Source: Candidatus Omnitrophota bacterium
GTDB taxonomy: Bacteria; Omnitrophota; Gorgyraeia; 2-01-FULL-45-10
Assembly: GCA_903843285.1 (NCBI GenBank)
Contig: CAIMPC010000010.1
Location: forward strand, 968-64,967
Reading direction: 5' to 3'
DNA length: 64,000 nt
The notes beneath the pieces were generated by a model, which did not search any database, was not told the origin of the DNA, and saw only the letters and a program-made list of their open reading frames with translations. Below, piece by piece: positions 10,214 to 20,853 of this stretch. Each line of letters opens with the position of its first letter. Position 1 is the stretch's first letter. The translations under genes and the position numbers were made by a program.

Positions 10214-10629
10214 TGAGCATGTTACTAATGAAGCTTCCGTACAATAATATTAAGCGATCTAAGGTAATAATTATTGCAATATTACTTAGCGCCTGGACGC
10301 CGTTCGGAATATTGCAGATTTTGCGCGCCGATACGACCAATAAGATCAGCGCTTCAATAGTTACGCACGATGAGGGCGTTAAGGGCAAGATCATTGCGGA
10401 TAAAGCTAAGATAGACGAGGAGCGGAATGCGATACTGGCCGCCGATAAGAGACTGCAAGAGGCAAAAAAGACTCATGATAAGGCAAAGATAGAGCAGGTG
10501 AGTAAGGAAGTGGAACAGGAGATTAAGACAAGGAAAGATACCATTAAAAATATCAAGGCGGATATAAGAAATAAGGAGAATGGCGCTGGATCATTTGGGC
10601 AGGGAAGTAAGCGACATCGCGTAAAATGA
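10210..10629 (+). CDS. Exported or membrane-anchored coiled-coil hypothetical protein
   Basis: Hydrophobic N-terminal segment, K/E-rich helix, overlapping junctions; exact start uncertain. Confidence 0.6.
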   Translation: MMSMLLMKLPYNNIKRSKVIIIAILLSAWTPFGILQILRADTTNKISASIVTHDEGVKGKIIADKAKIDEERNAILAADKRLQEAKKTHDKAKIEQVSKEVEQEIKTRKDTIKNIKADIRNKENGAGSFGQGSKRHRVK

Positions 10630-10643
10630 TAAAGGGGGCTTAC

Positions 10644-10940
10644 GTGAATAAAGGTATAGTTTTATTAATAGGAGCGATATTGTTATTGGCAGGTTTATTA
10701 TATGCGTCTGATGAATATGCAGGCTCTGCTAAATCAGAGTTCGGTAGAAAGACGGTTGATACTGTGACCGACACTACGAAATCAGCTGTAAGCGGGACAG
10801 AAAAGATAGCGACGACTTCAGTCAGTGACACTATAGCGATGCCCGGAACTGCCATTCAGGCCATTAAGAATACCGCGAATACAGCGTTAAAAGGTACTGA
10901 TGCGGCGATGAAGACGCTTACGGGTGAGGACAAACAATAA
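10644..10940 (+). CDS. Exported hypothetical protein (Thr/Ala-rich)
   Basis: GGGGG RBS, GTG start, signal peptide NKGIVLLIGAILLLAGLLYA. Confidence 0.6.
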   Translation: MNKGIVLLIGAILLLAGLLYASDEYAGSAKSEFGRKTVDTVTDTTKSAVSGTEKIATTSVSDTIAMPGTAIQAIKNTANTALKGTDAAMKTLTGEDKQ

Positions 10941-11020
10941 TTAATCTACCCTATTAACAGGATGTCAAAGATATTCCCAATAGTTAGCCATATGGCCAAT
11001 ATGGCACCACCTATAATAAT

Positions 11021-12217
11021 ATGAAGAGTCATATATTGAGAAATACCATCGTAGTAATTATTTATAATCTGGCAATAATTGCGACCTTCTTGTTGGCCTG
11101 TGAGCTATACGCGCGGCATGTTTATAATTATCCCGGAGCCGCCGGCTTCATGACGAGGGATTCCATATTCCATCATATTCCACCGCCTTACTGTAAAGGC
11201 CGCATGGCCAGTAAAGATGACTTCGACATTCCGTTTACGCTCAATAATAAAGGCATGCGTGGTCCGTCGGACTACGTATACGATAAAAATAAAGATACCT
11301 TCAGGGTTGCGATTCTGGGAGATTCTTTCACTTTTGGTATGGGTGTAGATAGTAGGCAGACCGCATCTGTTATTTTGAACAAGCTGCTTAATTCATCGGG
11401 TAAGAATAGATATGAGGCATTGAATTTTGGAGTATGCAGTTATTCGCCGCTTCTGGAGTATATATATCTTACGCATGAGGCGGTGAAATATAATCCGGAT
11501 CTCGTAGTATTGATGCTGGACGAGAGTGACGTGCAGGATGACTATTTTTATGAGCCTCACATCGTTCGCGACCGGGAAGGCAATATTGCAGGATGCGATC
11601 CCATGGTCAGAAACGGCCGAGCGGATATCTGGGAGTGGTGCCTTAAACATTCACGCCTTCTCTATATATTAGACCAGAAGATGTTTGAATCCCTCAGAAA
11701 GGTTCAGGCCATAGGTTTCGGTAATTATATAAAGAATAAATTAAGGAAGAAACGTAATAAGCAGGAGATCATCCTTAATAAAGATATAGATAATGTCAGG
11801 TTCGATAAATTTATCATGCATAGGGAAGGCAAAAATAAAGACGTAGTAATGCGCCACTGGTCGAGGACCGCAAATTATATAAAGATGATAAAGGAATATC
11901 TGGATCGTAAGGGAATAAGGATGGTGCTTGTCGTATATCCTTATGGGCATCAGGTTTCGGAAAATCAATGGGCGAAGGGACGATCCTATTGGGCGTTTGA
12001 ACGTAATAAGGTATATGATCCGACCGAAGGGTTCAATATAATCGCCGATTTTGCCAGACTGAATAATATCGATTTCATAAATCTATACAGCGCATTTCGA
12101 CTTCATAAGGACGAACCGCTCTTCTTTAACACAGACGGCCACTGGACCGTTCGGGCCCATGAGGTGGCCGCTGATGCCATATTTGCCGATGATGTATTTA
12201 AGCGGAACCTGCAGTAG
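11021..12217 (+). CDS. SGNH/GDSL hydrolase family (AlgJ/AlgX-like) membrane-anchored protein
   Basis: N-terminal TM, LGDSFTFG, NFGV..YS, DGHWT. Confidence 0.85.
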   Translation: MKSHILRNTIVVIIYNLAIIATFLLACELYARHVYNYPGAAGFMTRDSIFHHIPPPYCKGRMASKDDFDIPFTLNNKGMRGPSDYVYDKNKDTFRVAILGDSFTFGMGVDSRQTASVILNKLLNSSGKNRYEALNFGVCSYSPLLEYIYLTHEAVKYNPDLVVLMLDESDVQDDYFYEPHIVRDREGNIAGCDPMVRNGRADIWEWCLKHSRLLYILDQKMFESLRKVQAIGFGNYIKNKLRKKRNKQEIILNKDIDNVRFDKFIMHREGKNKDVVMRHWSRTANYIKMIKEYLDRKGIRMVLVVYPYGHQVSENQWAKGRSYWAFERNKVYDPTEGFNIIADFARLNNIDFINLYSAFRLHKDEPLFFNTDGHWTVRAHEVAADAIFADDVFKRNLQ

Positions 12218-12325
12218 TAATCTTAACGGGAACTTTTTACTAAGTATCTTTGTCTAAGTATGGCGGCGGCACATGCGTGTCAAGTTAGACTCGTCTTTTC
12301 GAATCATTACTGGATAATCGGTATA

Positions 12326-13648
12326 ATGCATATTCGCAGGTGGATATTTACGTTCATAATAATTACGCTTCTATTTGCCAATAACGTTATGGCAGAGGAA
12401 TCGGTTATCTGGTTAAAGTGTGTCAATGAGGCGAAGAATAACCATCCCGATCTGGTATCGGCCTTGGAAAAGGTGAGCCAATATAAGGCGGCCAAAGAGG
12501 TTACCAGGAGCGCATATCTGCCGCAGATAACGGGAAATGCCAGCGAAGTTACCTCTAAAGGCGCTACCTTCGGAAGCACCGGCGGCGATAATGCCCAGAG
12601 CGATGTCCAGGTAGGCGCCTCCCGCAGGCAATCCACGTCATACGATTACAGCGTAACGGGCCAACAGCTCATGTTCGATGGCTTTAAGACGTCATTTAAT
12701 CTCTCCACCGCCGAAAGAAACATAGTAGCTTCGAAATATAATTACGATGTTACTTCATCCAATGTGCGGCTCAGGCTGAGGACGGCGTTTGTTAATTTAT
12801 TGACCGCTCAGGAACTGCTGAAAATCTCAGAGGATATACGTGATCGGCGAAAACAAAATCTGGATCTGGTCAGACTGCGATACGAGGGAGGCAGGGAGCA
12901 TAAGGGATCGCTCCTTACTTCCGATGCGGATCTGGCGCAGGCGATATATGATGTGAATTCGGCCGTGCGCAGTATATACCTTTCCGAAAGGCAGCTTACC
13001 AAAGAGCTCGGTCGCAGTAAGTTCATACCTATGATCGCTCAGGGCGACTTCGAGATACATGACGCCGCCAGACAGCGGCCGGATTTCGACATGCTTTGCA
13101 ATACCAATCCGCTATTACAACAGCTTGTAGCCCAAAAGGAGGCCGCGAAGTATGGAGTGCAATCGGCCAAGGCGATGTTCTTTCCTCAAATATATGCCTC
13201 CGGGACTTTAGGCAATACGAATGTGAACGCATTTCCGGATAAGAATGAATGGTCGGTCGGGACTAACCTTACGTTCCCATTCTTTGATGGTGGCAATACG
13301 ATAGCCACTGTCGCCAAGTCCAGGGCTGCCCTCGGCCAGGCTGAGGCGGACGAGCGTAGCGGCCGAGACGGCGTGATCTTCACGCTTTCGAACACATGGA
13401 CGGTTATGCAGGATGCCATCGATAAAGTATTTGTGGCGAAGAAGTCGCTGGAGGCCTCTCTGGAGCGCGCCAGGATTGCGGAGGCAGAATATTCTATCGG
13501 ACTTTTAATATATGATAACTGGATAATAATAGAGAATAACCTGGTTACGGCAAAGAGAACTTATCTGGCCGCCGAGCGCGATGCTTTAATTGCGGAAGCC
13601 AACTGGGTGCAGGCAAAAGGGGGGACATTAGATTATGATCAGAAATAA
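12326..13648 (+). CDS. TolC family outer-membrane channel (canonical)
   Basis: Signal peptide, AYLPQI, QLMFDG, FFPQI...LTFPFFDGG duplicated TolC halves. Confidence 0.92.
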   Translation: MHIRRWIFTFIIITLLFANNVMAEESVIWLKCVNEAKNNHPDLVSALEKVSQYKAAKEVTRSAYLPQITGNASEVTSKGATFGSTGGDNAQSDVQVGASRRQSTSYDYSVTGQQLMFDGFKTSFNLSTAERNIVASKYNYDVTSSNVRLRLRTAFVNLLTAQELLKISEDIRDRRKQNLDLVRLRYEGGREHKGSLLTSDADLAQAIYDVNSAVRSIYLSERQLTKELGRSKFIPMIAQGDFEIHDAARQRPDFDMLCNTNPLLQQLVAQKEAAKYGVQSAKAMFFPQIYASGTLGNTNVNAFPDKNEWSVGTNLTFPFFDGGNTIATVAKSRAALGQAEADERSGRDGVIFTLSNTWTVMQDAIDKVFVAKKSLEASLERARIAEAEYSIGLLIYDNWIIIENNLVTAKRTYLAAERDALIAEANWVQAKGGTLDYDQK

Positions 13649-14591
13649 GCGGCTGATTTTCATCGGTGTATTTATCGTTATCATAGGAGCCGTTATCTTA
13701 ATAAAAGTTAGCAATAAACCTTCGGCAGAGATCGTGCAGGAGATAAGCCCCGTCTATGGAGATATTCAGACCGTTGTAACCGCTACCGCTACGGTACAGC
13801 CCCAGAACAGACTGGAGATAAAATCGCCGATAAATGGAAGGATAGAGAAGATATTGGTAAAAGAAGGCGATATGGTAAAAGCGGGGCAGATGCTGGCGTT
13901 GATGAGCTCTACCGAGAGAGCGGCCCTTCTGGATGCGGCCAAGTCGCAGGGCCCGGATGTCATAAAATATTGGGAAGACGTCTACAAACCGACACCGCTC
14001 CTATCTCCCATAGATGGAGAGGTGATTGTGAGTAAAGATTATCCGGGGCAGACGATCACATCTAATGATGCCGTAGTGGCTTTGTCCGATCACCTCATAG
14101 TCCAGGCGCAGGTCGACGAGACGGACATAGGCAAGATCAGGCTTGGCCAGGAGGCGACTTTAAGTTTGGATGCATACCCTCAGATAAAGATAAAAGGCAA
14201 GATAAACCATATATATTATGAATCGCTTATTGTGAATAATGTAACTATTTATCAGGTGGATATATTGCCGGAAAGCGTGCCGGGTACATTTCGTTCCGGT
14301 ATGAGCGCTACGGTTAATATATTAGTGGAGGCCAAAGATAATGTGCTGGTCCTGCCGGTCAAGGCGGTCAGGCGAGGCAGTCAGGGGGCATATGTTCTTT
14401 TGAGCCAGGCACCGGGTAAAAAACCGATCGAACGTGTGGTAGGGCTCGGCAGTAGCGACGATAAAAATGTGGAGATAGCGTCGGGGTTAACTACCGAAGA
14501 TAGAGTAATATCAGTTACTCAAAAGTATAAGGCAAGTACAGCTAAGACCAATGTCAATCCCCTAAGTCCGATGTCGAGGAAAAAGCAGTAA
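13635..14591 (+). CDS. macA: MacA-like periplasmic adaptor with very short alpha-hairpin
   Basis: GRIEKILVKEGDMVKAGQ, SPIDGEV, VDETDIGKI..GQ, FRSGMSA; lies between tolC and macB. Confidence 0.85.
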   Translation: MIRNKRLIFIGVFIVIIGAVILIKVSNKPSAEIVQEISPVYGDIQTVVTATATVQPQNRLEIKSPINGRIEKILVKEGDMVKAGQMLALMSSTERAALLDAAKSQGPDVIKYWEDVYKPTPLLSPIDGEVIVSKDYPGQTITSNDAVVALSDHLIVQAQVDETDIGKIRLGQEATLSLDAYPQIKIKGKINHIYYESLIVNNVTIYQVDILPESVPGTFRSGMSATVNILVEAKDNVLVLPVKAVRRGSQGAYVLLSQAPGKKPIERVVGLGSSDDKNVEIASGLTTEDRVISVTQKYKASTAKTNVNPLSPMSRKKQ

Positions 14592-14603
14592 GCCGGGAAT
14601 AAG

Positions 14604-16580
14604 ATGAGCATCATAGAACTGAAAAATATAAAAAAGACCTACTCTACCGGTAAAGCGGCTGTGGCAGCATTGCAGGGTGTATCCATAACGATCGAGCAGG
14701 GAGAGTTTGTAGCGATCATGGGCCCTTCCGGTTCCGGAAAATCAACGCTTTTACATTTACTGGGATTTTTAGACAGGCCCGATTCCGGAGAATTTATTTT
14801 AGGCGGCACAGATGTAACCAGCCTTACGAATAATCAACTGGCTTTACTCAGGAATAATCTGATGGGATTCGTTTTTCAGCAGTTTCATTTACTTCCCCGG
14901 ATAACTTCGCTGGAAAACGCGGAACTGCCTTTAATATATGCCGGCAAAAGGCACATGAAGTCCGATGCAATGGCCAGAATAACCGAAGTGGGCCTCGCCC
15001 AGAGGGCCCTGCACAGGTCGAACGAGCTTTCCGGCGGTGAACAGCAGCGCGTAGCTATCGCCAGGGCCCTTGTGAACGATCCGCTGGTCATATTTGCGGA
15101 TGAGCCGACAGGCAACCTCGATACTAAAAGCCAGAATGAGATAATGGCGATCATTGCCGAATTAAACAGAAAAGGCAAGACCGTTGTTATGGTCACCCAC
15201 GAGGAAGAGGTCGCGGAATACGCCAAACGAATTATACGTATGAGGGATGGTAAGATCATTGCTGACGAAAAGAAGCCGGGACGCCCGGCAGAGGTGATCG
15301 CGAAACCTGTAAAGATATCTATCGATAGTATAATATCCGCCTCCCACACCGAAATAAAACGCGCCGAACTTACAGACCATTTTCGGCAGGCCTTTTTTGC
15401 CATAGTCTCGCATAAGATGCGGGCACTGCTTTCCATGCTGGGTATACTCATAGGCGTAGCCGCGGTAATAGCTATGCTTGCGCTGGGCTCAGGCGCCCAG
15501 GAGTCTATTCAAAAGCAGTTGGCTTCTCTGGGGTCGAATCTTCTTATGGTGCGTCCGGGTTCCCAGCAGCTGCATGGTGTGTCGCTCGGGGCCGGATCGG
15601 TTACGCGGTTTACATTTCAGGACGTAGATGCGATAGCGAAGCTGAATGGTGTGGCGCGCGTCTCACCTTCAGTCAGCGGCGGCGGCCAATTAGTCTATGC
15701 GAATAAAAACTGGAGTTCTCAGATCCAGGGCCAGGGCGTGAACTATGCCCCGATACATGCGGCAGTGCCGACCATCGGCCGCTTCTTTGCGGAAGAAGAT
15801 GTGAGGATGCGCACCAGAGTCGCCTTGCTGGGAGCGACCGTATTAAAACAACTTTACGGAGACGTCGATCCGTTAGACACGTATATTAAGATAAACCGTA
15901 TAAGTTTTAAAGTGATAGGCATTCTTCCCGAGAAAGGCGCGACCGGCTGGCGTGACCAGGATGACGTAGTGGTGATACCGGTGACAACGGGCATGTATCG
16001 GCTTTTTGGAAAACAATATATCGATTCCATCGATGTGGAAGTTACGGATCTTTCTTTAATGGATGATGTGCAAAAATCTATAATGGACGTGCTTATTAAG
16101 CGTCACCGCCTGTCACCGACCAAGGAGTCCGAAAATACTTTCGAGATCCGGAATATGGCCGATATTAAAAATACTTTAGAGGCCACTACGAAGACCATGT
16201 CATGGCTATTGGGATCGATCGCGGCCATTTCGCTTCTCGTAGGAGGTATAGGTATTATGAATATCATGCTCGTTTCGGTCACGGAACGGACAAGAGAGAT
16301 TGGCCTCAGAAAGGCCATAGGCGCGCGAGAGTCCGACATTATGGCGCAGTTTCTTATAGAGGCGGTTACGTTGACATTTGTGGGCGGCATTGTAGGCGTG
16401 ATATTTGGCGCCAGCATCGCGCTTCTCCTAGCCCTGATAGCTAATTGGACGATAAGGATATCGATATTTTCAATCCTTTTGGCAACCATCTTCTCGATTG
16501 TGGTAGGAATAATTTTTGGATTATGGCCGGCCCGCCAGGCCGCAAAGCTTAACCCGATAGAAGCGCTCAGATATGAGTAG
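14604..16580 (+). CDS. macB: MacB-type ABC transporter (fused ATPase and permease)
   Basis: GPSGSGKS, LSGGEQQR, LLSMLGILIGVAAVI, GGIGIMNIMLVSVTERTREIG, PARQAAKLNPIEALRYE. Confidence 0.95.
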   Translation: MSIIELKNIKKTYSTGKAAVAALQGVSITIEQGEFVAIMGPSGSGKSTLLHLLGFLDRPDSGEFILGGTDVTSLTNNQLALLRNNLMGFVFQQFHLLPRITSLENAELPLIYAGKRHMKSDAMARITEVGLAQRALHRSNELSGGEQQRVAIARALVNDPLVIFADEPTGNLDTKSQNEIMAIIAELNRKGKTVVMVTHEEEVAEYAKRIIRMRDGKIIADEKKPGRPAEVIAKPVKISIDSIISASHTEIKRAELTDHFRQAFFAIVSHKMRALLSMLGILIGVAAVIAMLALGSGAQESIQKQLASLGSNLLMVRPGSQQLHGVSLGAGSVTRFTFQDVDAIAKLNGVARVSPSVSGGGQLVYANKNWSSQIQGQGVNYAPIHAAVPTIGRFFAEEDVRMRTRVALLGATVLKQLYGDVDPLDTYIKINRISFKVIGILPEKGATGWRDQDDVVVIPVTTGMYRLFGKQYIDSIDVEVTDLSLMDDVQKSIMDVLIKRHRLSPTKESENTFEIRNMADIKNTLEATTKTMSWLLGSIAAISLLVGGIGIMNIMLVSVTERTREIGLRKAIGARESDIMAQFLIEAVTLTFVGGIVGVIFGASIALLLALIANWTIRISIFSILLATIFSIVVGIIFGLWPARQAAKLNPIEALRYE

Positions 16581-16643
16581 TCCAAATATGCGTAAGTATG
16601 TTACAATAGATCTTCTTTCATTGATTGATATACCGTCGAGGAG

Positions 16644-17546
16644 ATGATGGAAATATTTTTAAATGCCTTTTTTGAGACCGCGCAACTATTACCGATACTT
16701 GCGCTGGTATATTTTCTTATAGGATTTCTCGAATATAAATTCGGATCTCATATAAACCAGTTCATGGCGCATATGGGAAATCTGGGGCCTGTAGTCGGAG
16801 CGTTATTTGGCTGTATACCTCAGTGCGGGTTCTCGATAGTGGCGTCGGCTTTATATGTTAAGCGCGTGATATCTGTCGGAACTCTATTATCGGTATTTTT
16901 ATCAACTTCGGATGAAGCGGTTCCCATTTTATTATCGATGCCCAACAGGACCGGTATGGTGGGGCTTCTTATAGCGATTAAGATATTCGTAGCTATAGTT
17001 GCCGGCGTTATGGTTGATTATATAATACGCCGATATAACACGCATAAACAAAATCAACAAAACGCATCAGATGGAGCTTGTGGATGCGATATTGTTAATG
17101 CGCATGAAGGATGCTGTGCTCACGGGGTATATGGTGAGCAATCGAAGCTAAAAGTATTGCTTCTACATCCCCTAAAGCATACGCTCAAGATTTTTTTATT
17201 TCTACTATTTTTGACCATGGCGTTTGATTATGCGATAGTGAGAATGGGGGTACAGAAGATATCCTATGTCCTCATGAAAGGCACTCTATTTCAGCCGGTT
17301 CTGGCTTCTCTGATAGGACTAATTCCTAATTGTTTTGCTTCAGCCCTGCTTGTAGAGCTATTTGACAAGACGGTGATCAGCTTCGGATCCATGATGGCGG
17401 GGCTTTGCGCAGGTACGGGGCTCGGACTTCTGGTCCTTATAAAAGAAAATAAAGATTATAAAGATACTCTGCGCGTGATAGGGCTACTTATGGCAGTAAG
17501 TATTTTTGTCGGAGTTGTAATTCAGTTTATCGGACTACCGCGGTAA
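16644..17546 (+). CDS. Putative metal (manganese) transporter permease
   Basis: Multi-TM, GCIPQCG, STSDEA, GLIPNC and a Cys/His-rich loop (CGC..HEGCCAH). Confidence 0.75.
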   Translation: MMEIFLNAFFETAQLLPILALVYFLIGFLEYKFGSHINQFMAHMGNLGPVVGALFGCIPQCGFSIVASALYVKRVISVGTLLSVFLSTSDEAVPILLSMPNRTGMVGLLIAIKIFVAIVAGVMVDYIIRRYNTHKQNQQNASDGACGCDIVNAHEGCCAHGVYGEQSKLKVLLLHPLKHTLKIFLFLLFLTMAFDYAIVRMGVQKISYVLMKGTLFQPVLASLIGLIPNCFASALLVELFDKTVISFGSMMAGLCAGTGLGLLVLIKENKDYKDTLRVIGLLMAVSIFVGVVIQFIGLPR

Positions 17547-17579
17547 TTAAATTTTAATTTTATTTATGGAGACAGGCAA

Positions 17580-18350
17580 ATGTTAAGATCAAATATAGTT
17601 CAGATAGTATCTCTTTTAGGAATACCCGGAATATACCTATATATCTGCAGACGTCTTAAGATTAGTCCGATGCGCATAAAAATTCCAATATTCGGATATG
17701 TGAAGACATTTCATGAGGTAAGAAATATATTTGATAACTTTGGCGGTTCGGGGGAATTAAGGGACAAGTCGGTGGAACGCTTCATCTCGAAGAAAGCCGA
17801 GCCATGCGTGATAGATTGCGGTGTAAATGTGGGTATCACGGTAAGATGGTGGTTTCATCTTAATCGCGGGGCGAAAGTATATGGGGTAGATATGATGAAA
17901 GAGGCGCAGGAATTTACGGTGAAAGCTATAGGATCGATCGGCGTGTCCGAGGACAACTATACTCCGATTGTGGCCGCGCTATGGAGCGAAGATGGTAAGC
18001 AGTTTAAGGTCGGCATAGGTGATCCTCTATACGGCGATCACGGCTTATATCGTAAAGGTAAGGAAATATCGGAAAGGACCTTTATTACAAATAGGCTGGA
18101 TACGATCTTCGACCATAAAAATATTATCTGTGTGGATCTTTTAAAGATTGATATTGAAGGCGCCGGGGGCGAGGCGTTAAAGGGCGCGGGTAATCTGCTA
18201 AAGAAGACCGGTAACATTTTTCTCGAGACCCACTCTATAGAGGAAAGTAATCTGGCAGGAGATATCCTTAAGGAAAATGATTTTATCCTAAGACGAAGCT
18301 CGGCCAGACATCAATGGTGGGCTCGGGCATCACAGCGGGAGATTATATGA
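17580..18350 (+). CDS. FkbM family methyltransferase
   Basis: IDCGVNVG, RLD, DLLKIDIEGA, ETH. Confidence 0.8.
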   Translation: MLRSNIVQIVSLLGIPGIYLYICRRLKISPMRIKIPIFGYVKTFHEVRNIFDNFGGSGELRDKSVERFISKKAEPCVIDCGVNVGITVRWWFHLNRGAKVYGVDMMKEAQEFTVKAIGSIGVSEDNYTPIVAALWSEDGKQFKVGIGDPLYGDHGLYRKGKEISERTFITNRLDTIFDHKNIICVDLLKIDIEGAGGEALKGAGNLLKKTGNIFLETHSIEESNLAGDILKENDFILRRSSARHQWWARASQREII

Positions 18351-18505
18351 TAACAGCATTGTGGGCGATAGCTATTCTATTGATATTGAGTGTAATATAC
18401 CTGCAGAAATTCATGCGTGATATGGCGGTAGTGGAGAGCGAGCTTATTAAAGAGCTTAAAGAGATGAAACAGTACTTAAAAAAGATAAGCGAGAAGCAGC
18501 TATAA
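18347..18505 (+). CDS. Small single-TM protein
   Basis: GGAG RBS, ATGA overlap with the upstream stop, TM followed by a charged helix. Confidence 0.55.
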   Translation: MITALWAIAILLILSVIYLQKFMRDMAVVESELIKELKEMKQYLKKISEKQL

Positions 18506-18537
18506 ATAGTTTTGTGACAATTTTAATCATAATTAAA

Positions 18538-18566
18538 TTGATACGTAGACAATAAGGTGATATGAT
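18538..18566 (+). promoter_or_regulatory. Sigma70-type promoter
   Basis: TTGATA-N17-TATGAT with extended TG. Confidence 0.55.
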
Positions 18567-18602
18567 TCAACTATAACAAAACAGAAAGGGAGGGCGGAAG
18601 TA

Positions 18603-18944
18603 ATGAAGAAGATAGTAATGATTTTGTTGGCGCTGGCATTTATTGGTTCGGTCTCTTTTGCCGAGGGCGGAGATGTAGTTAAGTCTATTACGGAAAAGAC
18701 AAAGACAGTTATTGGCAAAGTGGTCAATGTCACAGTGGCAGAACCCGCAAAGGGTATTAATGCCGGGGCTGTAACAATTACTGACGATGTGGGAAAGGCC
18801 ACCACCTACACGGTAACCTCATCGGCAAAGATTCTCGGTACCTCTTTGGATGTCATTACCCTGAATCAGCTTAAGATAGGCGATAAGATTAAAATAAAGC
18901 CTACGGAAACGAATGAAGCTAAGTCGATAAAAGTCGTAAAGTAG
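18603..18944 (+). CDS. Exported small beta-rich protein (DUF5666/OB-like)
   Basis: GGGAGG RBS, signal peptide ending SFA, GKV..V, LNQLKIGDKIKI. Confidence 0.75.
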   Translation: MKKIVMILLALAFIGSVSFAEGGDVVKSITEKTKTVIGKVVNVTVAEPAKGINAGAVTITDDVGKATTYTVTSSAKILGTSLDVITLNQLKIGDKIKIKPTETNEAKSIKVVK

Positions 18945-18962
18945 AGAAGATAGCAGTACATG

Positions 18963-19000
18963 AAATCCCCGCACTCAATGAATCGAGTGCGGGGATTTTT
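18963..19000 (+). terminator. Intrinsic terminator
   Basis: AAATCCCCGCACTC / GAGTGCGGGGATTT 14-bp stem ending in a T tract. Confidence 0.9.
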
Positions 19001-19113
19001 AATAGACCGCGCGCGAATAAATTTACTTCTATCTTATTGATTTGCAGAGTATAATGAAGGAGTTTAGCAGGCCTTTTCGAGAATAGGGATTTCCAAGCAA
19101 TAGCGGGGTTATA

Positions 19114-19578
19114 TTGAACAATAAGTTAATAGCTGTAGCGCTTAGCATAGTACTCTTATTATCAGGGTATTGCATGCCTTCTTTCGGTCAGACTGCTAAA
19201 ATCCCGGATGATATTAATGGGGGATGCTTAAGCCTGAGTAATGATATGCAGTATTATAAAATCATATCGACACTTTCGAACCAGGAAGATTACGCCGCTT
19301 ACTCCCAGATGGTGCGCGATAGGATAAAGCAGAAGCTCGAATCACATTATAAGCATTACCGCAAGAATGGCGACATCAGCTTATTCTTTGTAATCGGACC
19401 CGATGGCAAATTAGTCCGCACCGATATTGATCTTCAGAATTCCACGAACGATAAGAAGCTTCTCGACATAGCGATAGCCAGCCTGGAGGCCTCATCGCCG
19501 TTCCCTCCCATACCGCAGCGGTTATCCAGTGAAGAGCTTCCTTTTTCCGTTACGATATCGTTTCAGGAAAAGAGATGA
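19114..19578 (+). CDS. Exported TonB/TolA C-terminal domain protein
   Basis: Y..MVRDRI, FVIGPDGKL, LDIAIASLEASSPFPPIP. Confidence 0.75.
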   Translation: MNNKLIAVALSIVLLLSGYCMPSFGQTAKIPDDINGGCLSLSNDMQYYKIISTLSNQEDYAAYSQMVRDRIKQKLESHYKHYRKNGDISLFFVIGPDGKLVRTDIDLQNSTNDKKLLDIAIASLEASSPFPPIPQRLSSEELPFSVTISFQEKR

Positions 19579-19688
19579 CGCCCGCTCGATAGTCGCTCAA
19601 AATATCTATTCCGTTTACCCCATACAGCATAGTATAATATTGTTTTAGCCAGTATTGTTGCATAACACGTAAAAAGGGGTTATTCATA

Positions 19689-20852
19689 ATGTCTAAAATT
19701 AGAGTTGCGATAATCGGTGTCGGCAATTGCGCCTCATCGCTTGTGCAGGGCGTTGAATATTATAAGAATGCAAAGGACGGTGATTTCATTCCGGGATTGA
19801 TGCATGCTAACCTGGGTGGATATCGCATAAGTGATATTGAATTTTCTGCCGCCTTTGACATAGATAAGAATAAAGTGGGTAAGGACCTGAGCGAGGCCAT
19901 ATACACCAAACCAAACAATACCAAGGTGTTTGCGAAGGTGCCTTTTCTCGGCGTGAAGGTCCATCGTGGGATGACGCATGACAGCCTCGGAAAATATCTA
20001 TCGAAGGTGATCACCAAGGCTTCCGGCAAGACTGACGATGTAGCCGGGATATTGAAGAAGACTAAGACGGATGTAGTTATTAACTATCTTCCGGTCGGAT
20101 CGGAAGAAGCTACTAAGTGGTATGTCGAGCAGATTCTGAATGCCGGATGCGCGTTTGTTAATTGTATTCCCGTTTTCATTGCCCGCGAAGAATATTGGCA
20201 AAAACGTTTTAAGGATAGAGGCCTGCCTATAATAGGCGATGATATTAAATCTCAGGTTGGAGCTACCATACTTCATAGAGTCCTGACGAACTTGTTTCTG
20301 GATAGAGGGATGCCGGTAGTCCATACCTATCAGCTAAACACCGGAGGAAACACAGACTTTCTTAATATGAAGGAAGAAGAGCGATTGGTCTCGAAAAAGA
20401 TATCTAAGACAAACGCCGTGGTCTCCCAGATACAAAATAGGGGCCTCAGCATCGACAAGGAAAACGTGCATATCGGCCCTAGCGACTACGTTCCATGGCA
20501 GAAGGATAATAAGATCTGTTTCCTGCGCATAGAGAGCAAGCATTTCGGAGATGTGCCAATGAACCTGGAATGCCGGCTATCGGTAGAGGACTCGCCTAAC
20601 TCGGCCGGCGTGGTGGTGGATGCTATAAGGTTGATTAAGATAGCCCTCGATAACGGCATCTCGGGAGTCCTCCTGGGGCCGAGCGCATATCTTAAAAAAT
20701 CTCCCCCGGTACAATATGACGATAACGTCGCCCAGAAGATGGTGGAAGATTTTATCGCAACCTACGGATGGAAAAAGGGATTGGGAAATAAGAAGGCGCG
20801 TTCATGGAAATTTAATTCTAAGAACAAAAAGCGCTCTAAGAATCGATCTTAA
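19689..20852 (+). CDS. ino1: Inositol-3-phosphate synthase
   Basis: [48 protein letters not shown]. Confidence 0.96.
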   Translation: MSKIRVAIIGVGNCASSLVQGVEYYKNAKDGDFIPGLMHANLGGYRISDIEFSAAFDIDKNKVGKDLSEAIYTKPNNTKVFAKVPFLGVKVHRGMTHDSLGKYLSKVITKASGKTDDVAGILKKTKTDVVINYLPVGSEEATKWYVEQILNAGCAFVNCIPVFIAREEYWQKRFKDRGLPIIGDDIKSQVGATILHRVLTNLFLDRGMPVVHTYQLNTGGNTDFLNMKEEERLVSKKISKTNAVVSQIQNRGLSIDKENVHIGPSDYVPWQKDNKICFLRIESKHFGDVPMNLECRLSVEDSPNSAGVVVDAIRLIKIALDNGISGVLLGPSAYLKKSPPVQYDDNVAQKMVEDFIATYGWKKGLGNKKARSWKFNSKNKKRSKNRS

Positions 20853-20853
20853 G

